Of a stretch of DNA of 64,000 nucleotides, positions 12,548 to 23,314 are shown piece by piece. The position numbers and the translations under genes were made by a program. Numbering within the stretch: the first letter of the stretch is position 1; every line of letters starts with the position of its first letter. This stretch comes from Tubulanus polymorphus (taxonomy: Eukaryota; Animalia; Nemertea), in the NCBI RefSeq assembly GCF_964204645.1, contig NC_134028.1, positions 11,951,263-12,015,262 of the forward strand, given 5' to 3'. Under the pieces are notes generated by a model. The model was not told where the DNA came from, did not search any database, and saw only the letters and a program-made list of their open reading frames with translations.

Positions 12548-13745
12548 CTAGAATGTTAACCAAAAATAAGCATACATTGATATATTATTGTGCACAGATG
12601 ACTGGTTCAGAGCTAGATATTGCCTAAGTAAGTGCAGGGCCTACAATATCTTGATACGTTATTTGAGAACTTCGTGTATTATGGATCAAGAGACGTGCTT
12701 TTAAGAGCAGTCACGACCTCGCTGTCATCATCACTCGTACTAAACTAATACCCTTTATTAGCTTTCTTTTAGCCAAAAAATTATTTTACGACAACTTTAT
12801 TTTCATTACTCAGACATTTGTTAAGAGAGTGACATTTCATATTTTCAAAAAATGATATTTCAAATTAAAAAAGAATTGCTGTGCTTGGGTCGGGCCCATT
12901 TTCAGCAGTGTAGTCAGTGCCGGGAAAATAATTGAATGAAGTAGGGTTAGTCATAGAGTTATTTACTAAAAAGACATTGAATACAAATTGTCTTCACAGT
13001 TTATTTACTAAAATGATTTTTCATAAGCTTAGTTTATTGAATAGTCCGTTTTGTTTTCTCACATGTTAATATTCGGTAATGTCTAGCTAAAATTTCGCTA
13101 TACGGATAAAATACACTGGTTCGAAAACTTTTGGTTCCTAATGCAAAAATCATTTTTCGCAATAATGGTGATGTCACCTTGTTATATCAAAATATCATAA
13201 CTGAAGCTTCAAGGCCCATACGCCTCTGTTTATAAATGGAACCTGATTGGTCAGATATTTTTCAGGTGTTACCCAAATAGATTTTGGCGCATATGTATAT
13301 GATTTATAAATTTATGACTTCATTTCAAGATTGATGTTAAGTCACACCAAGCACACACAGACACACTGTCACATTTTCCTGTCAATTTTCTAATATCTTA
13401 CCCCGGTATAGACCAATGCTTTTCAATGAATATCAAAATTTCTCCCTTTTCTTTGCAAGGTGTTAGAAACTTTTGTTACGATTTTGTCGATCACTCTACT
13501 GATGTCCTATTACTATGAATGAATTTGCAATGAGGTCGTTATGTAGAAAAGGTATTGCAGCTGATTTGGACTGTAGAGACCAAACATAAATAATCCATTT
13601 TTATGTGATGGTCAAATCAATGGTTCAACGAAAAAAACATAGCCCATATCTGTTATTCCATAATTGTATCAACTTTAGGGGTATGCCTGAGACAACTTGA
13701 AGAGAATAGCAGGCTGTAATGATATTCTCTTTAAAAGAATCTTAC

Positions 13746-13894
13746 CTGTTATCATTTTGTTGAATTTCTTGGTTGGAAGTGAACAGTATGGTATGATACC
13801 CTTGAGATACATATGCAGTAGGCAGAGTGCCCTGGGCAAATGGATTCACCCTATCTAAGGTACCATTGTAGACCAATAAATCATCAACATACAA
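13746..13894 (-). CDS. KATNIP: KATNIP coding exon
   Basis: LYVDDLLVYNGTLDRVNPFAQGTLPTAYVSQGYHTILFTSNQEIQQNDN (human LLVDDLLVYNGIL...PYHTILFT). Acceptor ctttttag, donor GTAAG, 149 nt. Confidence 0.93.
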
Positions 13895-14049
13895 CTAAAA
13901 AGAGCAATTTAGATCAATTTAACTGTGTGGATGCAGTTTTGCAATAATTTTGACACAAGACGTGATTACAGCAGCAAAGCAGTGATCTGTTGTCCATTTA
14001 ATATTTAATCACTCTAAATGAAAACCTCCAATGTTTTGTGCACCCTTAA

Positions 14050-14450
14050 AAAGTTGTATGTATTTCATGTGTAAAAATACATTTTTCTGTAAAAAAAAAT
14101 CATTTTCCACATGAAAAAATATTTTTCAGTAAGAAATGTATTTCTTGATACAAATGTATTTTTCAATTTATATTTAATGACCAGATAATATATTATATAT
14201 CAAACGAAACTACATTTTTCAGTGGAAAAAGTATTTCATGATCAAAATGTATTTTTCAAATTATATCATATGACCAGAAAATATATTATTCATCAAATGG
14301 AAAAACACATTTTTCAGTGAAAAATGTATTTCATGATCAAAATATATTTTTCAAAAAATATTTCATAATCAGAAAATATATTCTTCATCACATGAAAATA
14401 TATTTCATACTGAAAAATGTATTTTATGAACAAAATGTATTTTTTCAACA
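14050..14450. repeat. AT-rich ~95-bp tandem repeat abutting the Polinton-like integrase
   Basis: catttttcagtg..aa.gtatttcatgatcaaaat recurs at 14213 and 14308, with further degenerate copies. Confidence 0.7.
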
Positions 14451-15295
14451 AGAGAGAAATTCTAAAAATGGGCTAATGGATAAAAATTATCTAACAAGGA
14501 AAGTTATGGTTTCATACATTCAACAGATTTAATATACATGAAGAACTTAGAAGAATACAATAAAGGATATTTTTGGATATTAAATGTTATAGATATATTC
14601 AGTAGATACGCATGGTCAATTCCAATCATAAATAAAACTGGTATAGAAGTTACTAATACATTCAAAATGATATTTAAAGAAGCTTCCCCAGGTAAGATAC
14701 AATTTGATGAAGGTAAAGAATTTTATAATAAACATTTTAAAAAACTATTATCTGATAACGATGTAGAGTATTTGTCAACACACTCAGATAAAAAAGCATC
14801 TATCATAGAAAGGTTTAATTAAACATTGAAAACTAGAATGTGGAAATATTTTACTGCTAATGAAACATATAAATATATCGATGTATTAGATGATTTAGTG
14901 AAAGGTTATAATAATTCTAAACATTCAAGTATTGGTATGAAACCTATACAAGCTGATAAGAAGATAATTCAGAAGTTGTTTGGAATAATTTATATGGAGC
15001 ATTTGTAACACGTGATTTTGGAGAACCTAAATTTAAAATTGGACAACATGTTAGAATTTATAAATATAGAAAAACATTTTATAAAGGTTATACCCCAAAT
15101 TTTACAGAAGAAATATTTAAGATTAAAAAAATAATATAAACTAAACCTTTCGTTTATAAGTTAGATCTAAAAGATGAAGAAATATAAGGTTAATTTTATG
15201 AACAATAATTGTCAATTGTACCAAACCCAGATGAAATAGAATATAAAATAGAAAAAGTATTAAAAACAAAAACATTACGTGGTAAGAAAAAATTT
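14450..15295 (+). pseudogene. Polinton/Maverick-type retroviral-like (c-)integrase, degraded
   Basis: ILNVIDIFSRYAW...IQFDEGKEFYN...ASIIERFN (DDE triad), YNNSKHSSIGMKP, KFKIGQHVRI, KGYTPNFTEEIF, and a chromodomain start EYKIEKVLK. Internal stops. Confidence 0.9.
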
Positions 15296-15810
15296 AACCT
15301 ATAAAAATCATTTTGATAATATAATATTATTCTGTCCTACTTATGAAATGAATGAAACGTATAATAGATATTTAGTTTTTAAAAATAAAAGATTTATTAT
15401 ATTAAATCCTAAAACAGTAAAAAAAATTAGATAATTGTATAAAAATTGCATTAGATATTTATAAAGGAACAAATACATTATTTATCATAGATGATTGTGC
15501 TAATTTACATGGTTCAAAAGTTAGAGAAAGTGAATTATGTTATGTAGCTTTCTCTGGGAGACATTTTTGGATAACAACATCGGTTTTAAATCAAAAATAT
15601 AATTCAATTGTTAAAGATTTTAGAGAAAACATTAGATTTTTAGTTTTATTTTATAACAAAGATAGAAGATCTATGCAACAATCTCTGGAAGAAAATCAAA
15701 TTATACCTACTGAATTACATGATGATTATATGAATAAAATAAAAAATAATAAAGGTTCCAAATTATTATTGAGACTACAATTTCCCTATGAATATAAATT
15801 CATAAAATAA
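15296..15810 (+). pseudogene. A32/FtsK-like packaging ATPase, C-terminal two-thirds (Walker A deleted)
   Basis: IILFCPT, Walker B LFIIDDCA, FSGRH, LNQKYNSIVKDFREN motifs typical of Polinton/PLV packaging ATPases. Confidence 0.8.
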
Positions 15811-15828
15811 AATTTAAAAATATTATAG

Positions 15829-15958
15829 AAACTATTTATATATCTATGTACTAGACGTACGAGTAAGAATCCAAGCAAGTAAGAAAGTTAGAATCCAAGA
15901 ATCCAAGAAAGTAAGAATTCTTACTCGTACGTTTAGTACATAGATTTATAAATAGTTT
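15829..15958. repeat. 42-bp inverted repeat (40/42 match) enclosing a 46-nt loop of 8-mer repeats
   Basis: Arms at 15829-15870 and 15917-15958. Loop built from AAGAATCC/AAGAAAGT units. Confidence 0.9.
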
Positions 15959-16265
15959 TACAATAATTATTCTAAATATAAATTATATTAAAACTATTTT
16001 CAAATGTTTTCAAATCTGTTATATTATTATCATTAGTTTCAATTGCATTAATTTTATCTTTTAAATGATCTATTATATCAATAGGCCTTAGACCAATCTG
16101 TCTGACTGTTACGCATACGCTTACGCATATACATAGGTCTACATAGGCTATACTAGTAGCCTCTACTAGGTTAAAGCTAAGTTCACTGTAAAGGAGGAAT
16201 CAGATTTATTAAAATGCATGTAGTGTGACTAACTGGTTCTGACTTGCAATGATCAATCACAATTA

Positions 16266-16773
16266 GGCCACACAAAGAAATACCCTAGTTTCTCATCAGA
16301 TTTTTTTCTGGAAAGTGACGAAGGCGGGCGAATTTTATTTTTATTACTTTTTTTAAATAAAAAAGTTGAAATAAAAAGCTCAACCTGACATTTATAGAAC
16401 AGACGCAGGAGGGAACTTTTTTATATAAAATCAGGCTCCATCGACTCATTTAATCGAAACTGAAACAATCATTTTTGCTATTTTCACGCTTCCTTGAAAT
16501 GAAGTAAAAGGAAACGAACCTGGCGCTGTTTTTGTCATCGTAAATGTGGATGACCAGTACGTGGAGGATGAGCATATAAACGCCAGCAGAAAAAACCACT
16601 GCCGTATGCTATAAAGCTATGCGGGCGAGTGGGGTTTAATTTTTATAAAAAAAGACGATTGATGCTTTGCCGAGGCGGGCGAGCGCATTTGTGTTTTTAA
16701 TTTTTATTAGGGACTTTTTGACGTTGGCGGCATTTGACTTTCTTGAGAAACGAGGGTATTTCTTTGTATGGTC
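16266..16773. mobile_element. PIF/Harbinger-like MITE
   Basis: TIR GGCCACACAAAGAAATACCCTAGTTTCTC / GAGAAACGAGGGTATTTCTTTGTATGGTC, flanked by TTA on both sides. Confidence 0.7.
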
Positions 16774-16829
16774 TTATCAACGATATTTTATTGGCATAAG
16801 TAAAGATTTTTCGAAAATTTTGTTTGAGC

Positions 16830-18185
16830 CGACAGCTTTATAAACCGGACTTTTCATTTGAGTTTTTTCATCATTAATGAAACTGGTATTTCATTAATTC
16901 CTAATGACTTAAGTTACTGCGGAGCCATAGAAAGATCTTTTTTTTCGTTCAAAAGACCTTTCGCTCGAAAAGTTTTTTCGTCGGAATAAATATTTTTTCG
17001 ATCGAACCAAGTTGTATTCGTTGTTCGAACAACCTTTTTTTGTCCAAATGAAAGGTTTTTTGTTCAGACAATTGTTCAATCGGACAGAAACGTTCCCATT
17101 CGGACAAAATTTTCTTGTCGGAACATTAAGTTTTTTGTTCGAAGAAGTATGTAAAAAGTTTTTCGTCCGACCATAAAGTATTAAGTAAATGTATATTGTT
17201 AAATCGAACACAATTGTTTTCAACATTCGTTTGAACGAAGTTGGTTCCGCTCAACAACAATTTTGTCGGTACAAAAAGTTTTCATTTCAACAATAACATA
17301 GCTGTCTATTCAAACAAAGTTTTTTGGTCAGAACGAAGAAAAGTTTTCGTTCGAAAGAAAAGCGTATTGTTCAATGAAACAGAATTGTTTTTATTCGAAT
17401 AAGATTTTCTTCGGAACATTATGTTTTTTGTTCGAACAGATATATTGTTCGAAGCGTTTTTCGTTCCAAAGAGCAAACTTTTGAACTAGATAGTCTTTGT
17501 TAAAATAAGTAATCTTAATTCCAACAAAATAATATTCTCATTTGAACACAAAGGTATAATCTGAACCTGGGTTTTCTTTGTATCCAATATCCATATCATG
17601 CCTTTCAGCCCAACTTTCTGACCATGAACAGAACACTGCTTGTTTAGATAGTTTTGGAAATATACTCTGTCCAGCTCATTTTTGATTACTCTGTATATCA
17701 TCTATCAGGATAGTGAAGAGAAGACGACTTAGGATACTACCTAGTGTGACTCCACTAGTTAGACCGATTTATTCCAAGATGAGTTCCTTTGATTTCAGCC
17801 ACCTGTTTTTGTTCAGAGAAATCTGCTGAACCATTTAAACGACCCATCATTGATACCGTTTCCAAATTGCTTGTTTAGTAATCGCTGATGTTGTACCTTA
17901 TCAAATGCTTTTTTGAAATACATAAATACTTATAGGCCTAACAGTCGATTTTCCAGAGTCAAATAACTATCTGGTCCAGTCATCCATGGTTTCAAAGTAG
18001 GCCTAATTGACTGTTTGTCGACCGTCCTTATATAATACCGTGTTGACGGTTGAACAGGAATCTAAATTCCCTTCATTTTCATGGCATGGTTTGGCTGCAT
18101 CGCGCACACGCGATCGTGGTCGACACATTATCCAGACAAGATCAAGAATACGAACAAGGATGTGCAGAAAAGCCGTTATTGCTGT
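16830..18185 (-). repeat. Composite repeat (CR1-like RT fragment plus TTCGAA-rich array); inverted copy at 60865-63590
   Basis: Reverse-complement similarity seen in several blocks. RT remnant ETMDDW...KAFDKV.HQRLL.KL. Confidence 0.75.
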
Positions 18186-18199
18186 ACAGCTATATTTAA

Positions 18200-19461
18200 A
18201 ATTAAAATTCTTATACATAACACTATTTGATTGAGAATTTATAATATTTAATTGTGCGTCAGATATAATATAAATATGCATTTATAATTTAAACCTCCTT
18301 TTTTCTTTTTCATAAATAATTGTTTGAATACCATCGTTTGTATTTTGTAATTTCTTCCCAGAACCAAGTTATCCTCTGTCGTTCTAAAATCTAATCATAA
18401 TGCATATTTATTGCCAGTATAATAATCAATTTGATTAATATTACAATCTTCAGTTAATTTATTTTTTTCATTCATAAAATGTTTTTTTAATTTCTACCCA
18501 TTGATCTATAATTCTCATTCCTTGGCAAAATATTTCATTTGCTATACCTTCAATTGTTATTTCTACTTTTGATATTTCAGGATTATAATAATTATCAACT
18601 TTTATTGCACCATTAGAATATGTTGCAATGGTAGAAAATATTAATATACCTTTAACAGATCTTCTTGGGATATTCTCATTAAATTTCATCATTTGCATTA
18701 ATAGTTACAGTTTTAAATTTATCAATATAATCATATAATAATGAAAATCCTTGATTGTATTTAGTTTGAATTGTGTTAGCAATATTTTCATCAGTTACTG
18801 TATCATATTCCAAACATATATTCAATAATTTATAACCCATATCTTTAACAACGCTAGATAATACAATTTCATTAACAGGAGCAAATGTTATTTCGAATAT
18901 AATATCTTCTTGTATTGCATATTTATATAAAGGCGCATTATTATTTATCAATTCAAAGTCTAACGGAATTTTATATTTGCTTCCATAAATCTCGTTTATT
19001 AAATTATCTACGTCCTTAGTTACCACTGCATTATTAGCTTCAGATCATAATTTATTTTGGTTTTCTGATTGGATGCCTTGAAATATCATATTATTTCTAT
19101 TTTCTTTTGTTAACCATAAATCTTTATAATGCGTAAATGAATTATAATCATCTAATGAAAAAACGGCTTCTGGTCCAATCTTTATAATTGATTTTTTAAT
19201 TAAATATCTTCCAACATTATCTACTACATAATTATTATTATTACCAGTTACTTTTATATCAGCTGATAAATGAATGCTATTTGGAACATAAAAAGTATTT
19301 TGTGTTAATCGAAGAATTCTAACATTATAAAGTTTCAATTATAAAGTTTCATCAGGATTAATATTAGAAGGATTATGAGTAATTATATGATGAGATCTTT
19401 CTGCTTTAATTGCATTAGATATTCTAGAATTCTTAGAAGGATTTATTTAACTCCCACTCAT
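18200..19461 (-). pseudogene. Polinton/PLV major capsid protein (putative double jelly-roll), degraded
   Basis: About 420 codons in pieces: HHIITHNPSNINP, NVGRYLIKK, YKDLWL, YGSKYKIPLDFEL, ICLEYD, LLYDYI, NIPRRSVKGIL, YNPEISKVEITIEGIANEIFCQGMR. Resembles capsid genes of marine-invertebrate Maverick/Polinton-like elements (recalled, not searched). Confidence 0.75.
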
Positions 19462-19479
19462 TTATTTAAGAAAAAAAAT

Positions 19480-20447
19480 TAATTATTTGTTTTTTATCAT
19501 GTTTCCTAATCCGAAATAATAGCAAAAATAAAAATAAAATAATATGTTCAGCAGCAATGTTAATAATATTTCCAGCAGATTTTAAAACAAAACATTCCCA
19601 TAGATATTTTGCTAATTCTTTTATAATCATCTTTAACTTTATCTTGTATAGAATTATGACTTGTGGGTTTATCCGGTTTATTGGGAGTAGGTGTAGATTT
19701 TAATGAATTTGATATAGGTAAACCTATTGTTGTAAATATCATAGTTACAGCTGTTAGAATTGAAAAAATTGTGATACCTTCTAACTTAAAATAATAATTC
19801 TATTCTATCTTTCAATGATATTTCAGAATTTAGTTTTATCAACAAATCTTTAAAAATAACTTTAAATCTATTAATATTATAATCATGTGATTTGAATAAT
19901 AATTTAATTTATTCTTTCTGTAATTCTAAATTATATTTTAAATCTGATTGTTTCAAATAATTCATTAACTTTTGTTTAAATACTCTTTTATTTTGATTTA
20001 TTTCTGTGTCGGTAACATTTTCTATTTCATTACTATTACTTATTCTTTTAATTCTAGATGGTTCTAAATTACTCAAAGTTGATTCTGCTAATATTTCATT
20101 TTGATTTCTTTAAGTGATATTAATATAATTATCATCTTTCAAATGATAATAATATTTACCATCTGAAAATTTTAATTCTCTAACTAAATATCTGGCACCT
20201 CTATCATTTATATTATATCCAGATTTTTCAAATATAGGTTTGAAATGATAAATATATTCATTATATTCTAAATTTTGTTTTACTGAATCTGGATTATCAT
20301 TCTCAGGATTTATTCTCGATTTAGTTCTTCTATGAAACTCGTCTGTTGATGGAACTTTAGAACCACTATCTGCTAAATTAGAATTATATGCTGTTTCATC
20401 ATCATTATCAATGTTAGTTTAATCAAAATCAGGTGGTTGTTCATCAG
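19480..20447 (-). pseudogene. Polinton/PLV uncharacterised ORF with coiled-coil and C-terminal hydrophobic helices
   Basis: SLKDRIELLFKLEGITIFSILTAVTMIFTTIG, then a Pro-rich linker and a second hydrophobic segment. 5' part lost at the L2 insertion. Confidence 0.55.
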
Positions 20448-20448
20448 T

Positions 20449-20484
<36 letters not shown>

Positions 20485-21390
20485 TTATTTACTTATAAAG
20501 CGCATTTCTATAAAACATAATCATTGCACTTCACATTATCAAAACTTATAAGACGGAAGCAGATTAAAACACTAATTGTACAGGTTTCTAAAATAAAAAG
20601 TTTTTAAACGTGATTTAAAACATGAGACAGTTGGACTTTCACGAATTTCCTGTGGGAAGACATTCCATAAAGTTGGTGCCATGAAAGTAAAAGCTTTACG
20701 TCCAGCAACACGACTGTTATTAAGTTTAACTAAAATTGTTGGGTCATTGCTAGATCTAAGAGGTCGACTTGGAACATACCGAGTTAAAAGACTCTGCAAG
20801 TACACTGGAGCAGTACCATTAAGACATTTATTGACAATTAATAACATTTTAAAATTTACTCTATCTAAAATGGGCAGCCAGTGCAAATCACGTAAAATAG
20901 GAGTAATATGGTCATTTTTTCTAGCCCTAGCAATTAGGCGGGCAGCATTATTCATTACAAGTTGCAGTTTTTTAAAATTAGACGCAGATGTACCAGCCAA
21001 CAGAGAGTTTGCATAGTCTAGCCTGGAAACCACTTAAGAGTTGACAGCATTTTTACACGATTGGTCATCCAGAAGGTGACGAATTTTGCTAATGCAATAA
21101 AGATGATAATTTGCTTTGCAGCACACATTATTGATATGATCTGACATGTCCTGGTCAACACAACACCCCTAGATTATTAATTACTTTACTAGGTAGGATC
21201 TCATCATCATCAATTTGCAAAACAATATCACTCGGTTATTTCTTGTGAGCTTGAGGGGACGCCAGTACAGCAAAGTCAGTTTTATCACCATTAGCCTTAA
21301 GTTTATTCACAGAGCTTCATACACTTGCTCGATGTTGTTGGGATTAACAACCTTATACAACTGGTCGTCATCAGCATATATATGAATTGA
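20449..21390 (-). mobile_element. 5'-truncated L2-group LINE (ORF2 C-terminus, 3' UTR, (ATT)n tail)
   Basis: HIYADDDQLY, SRLDYANSLLAG, QLVMNNAARL, HITPILRDLHWLP, FKSRLKTFYF. (TAA)n on the plus strand at 20449-20483. Confidence 0.9.
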
Positions 21391-22190
21391 ATAATGAATT
21401 GTCCTGGGCGACAAAACCAAAATATTGAATTGTTGCGGGCGACAAAACCAAAAAAAAAATTGTCGCGGGCGACAAAAACAAAGTATAAAACCAAAATAAT
21501 GAATTGTCGCGGGCGTCAAAACCAAAAACAAGAATTGTCGCGGGCGACAAAACCAAAATAATGAATTGTCGCTGGCGATAAAACCAAAGTAATGAATTGT
21601 CGAGGGCGATAAAACCAAAATATTGAATTGTCGCGGGCGACAAAACCAAACTAATGAATTGTCGCGGGCGACAAAACCAAAAAAAGAATTGTCGGGGCGA
21701 CAAAACCAAAATAATGAATTGTCGCGGGCGACAAAACCAAAATGGTGAATTGTCCAGGCGACAAAACCAAAATGGTGAATTGTCGCGGGCGACAAAAGCA
21801 AAATAATGAATTGTCGCGGGCAATAAAACTAAAATAATGAATTGTCTCGGGCGACAAAACCAAAATAATGAATTGTCGCGGGCGATAAAACCAAAATAAT
21901 GAATTATCGCGGACGATAAAACCAAAATATTGAATTGTCGCGGGCGATAAAACCAAAATATTGAATTGACGCGGGCGACAAAACCAAAAAAGAAAATTGT
22001 TGCGGGCGACAAAAACAAAATATAAAACCAAAATAATGAATTGTCGCGGGTGACAAAACCAAAAAGAAGAATTGTCGCGGGCGACAAAACCAAAATAATG
22101 CATTGTCGCTGGCGATAAAACCTAAGTAATGAATTGTCGTGGGTGATAAAACCAAAATAATGAATTGTCGCGGGCGACAAAATCAAAATC
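21391..22190. repeat. 31-bp tandem minisatellite, ~25 copies
   Basis: Unit aaaataatgaattgtcgcgggcgacaaaacc with an internal hairpin ttgtcgc/gcgacaa. Head-to-tail with no unique spacers. Confidence 0.95.
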
Positions 22191-22609
22191 ATTGTTTTCT
22201 CGCGTTATTTTAGTTATGTCGTTTTGTCGTAATGTCGCCCTCATTTGCATATTCGTGTTTTGTTATCTTATCCGCCACCATACTAAAGCTTTAAGGTTGC
22301 GTAAAACTCGATAAACACTTCAAGCGACACAGCGAACGATCTCCTTTCCCCCACAGCGAACGCTTACTCCGAATGTCAAGTGTGAGTCCAGCATACGGAT
22401 AGGAGTGTGTTTTATACTTGTATTTAGTAAATACCTTGTGGATTTGACAATGATCGGTATGTACTGTAGGAAATATAGAGTATTGATGGTATTGATATGG
22501 AGGCCCGCGGCCGAATAAAGTAATATATTCTTTAATTTTGATACCTTGTCGACATAACAGCTTTTCTCCGCTATAATCTCTTCGGCGTGTTTAGTTTAGG
22601 CCTACGACT

Positions 22610-23313
22610 CCCCGGTACACTTATGATTAATCTTAGTAAAAACACGGTAAATTTGGTAAAGAAAAATAGGTATTGCTAAATTAACTGCTTGACGCCCGCA
22701 GCCAAATCACTGGTAGTAATAAATTAATTTGTACTCGATTTGATTCTCAGAATGAGGAGAAACTCGCAGCTGATTCCCGGAACGACGATGTAGTGACACA
22801 CGTCGATTTGTCGATGTTTACGGCTCGACAGTGCTTTTAAAATCTAAAGTAGTAAATTTCCTGTGTATTGGTATTATAATTTGATGAGGAAAATGGGTTA
22901 TTGTTAAAATTAGTTTTTAAAAACCGCGACAGAATGTGCAATCTTTGGGTAATAAATTTGTTAATTTATGCTTGAATTGATAATCGATGTGACAAGAAAC
23001 GTGCGGTAGATTTCGGAAAGACGACTTAGAAAAACATGTCGGCTCTTTGAATGGGGCTCAATTTTCGATGTTTACGGCCCGACAGTGCTTTTGTAACGTT
23101 GATTCTTCAAAATTCGCACGGAGTATTTGTAGATCGAACTGAGCTGAATGATATCAGACGGATTGTATCGGCAACAGCGGTAATGTAAAAAAGCCTATGT
23201 ACTTTTGACAAAAAATGTGTGGAAAAAAAAAATAATAATAATAATAATAATAAGAAACACGCGAATCTCAATAGGGTTTTCTGTGATGTAACAGAAAACC
23301 CTAATTATATTTC
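22610..23313 (+). mobile_element. Helentron/HINE-like dispersed element; related copies at 32730-33070 (-) and 61745-61800 + 62945-63200
   Basis: Shared blocks such as gatgtttacggctcgacagtgcttttaaaat. Ends in (AAT)n then the hairpin AGGGTTTTCTG..CAGAAAACCCT. Confidence 0.6.
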
Positions 23314-23314
23314 C

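Noticed and set aside
16909-17226. 105-aa ORF, and similar ORFs at 61646-61852 and 63309-63554
   Set aside because: Chance frames within the TTCGAA-rich repeat array.
21391-22190. CRISPR-like array of ~31-bp palindromic repeats
   Set aside because: Units are contiguous with no unique spacers, there are no cas genes, and the context is eukaryotic. It is a minisatellite.
21303-22192. Long hydrophobic ORFs (273, 164, 150 aa)
   Set aside because: These are translations of the 31-bp repeat in several frames.
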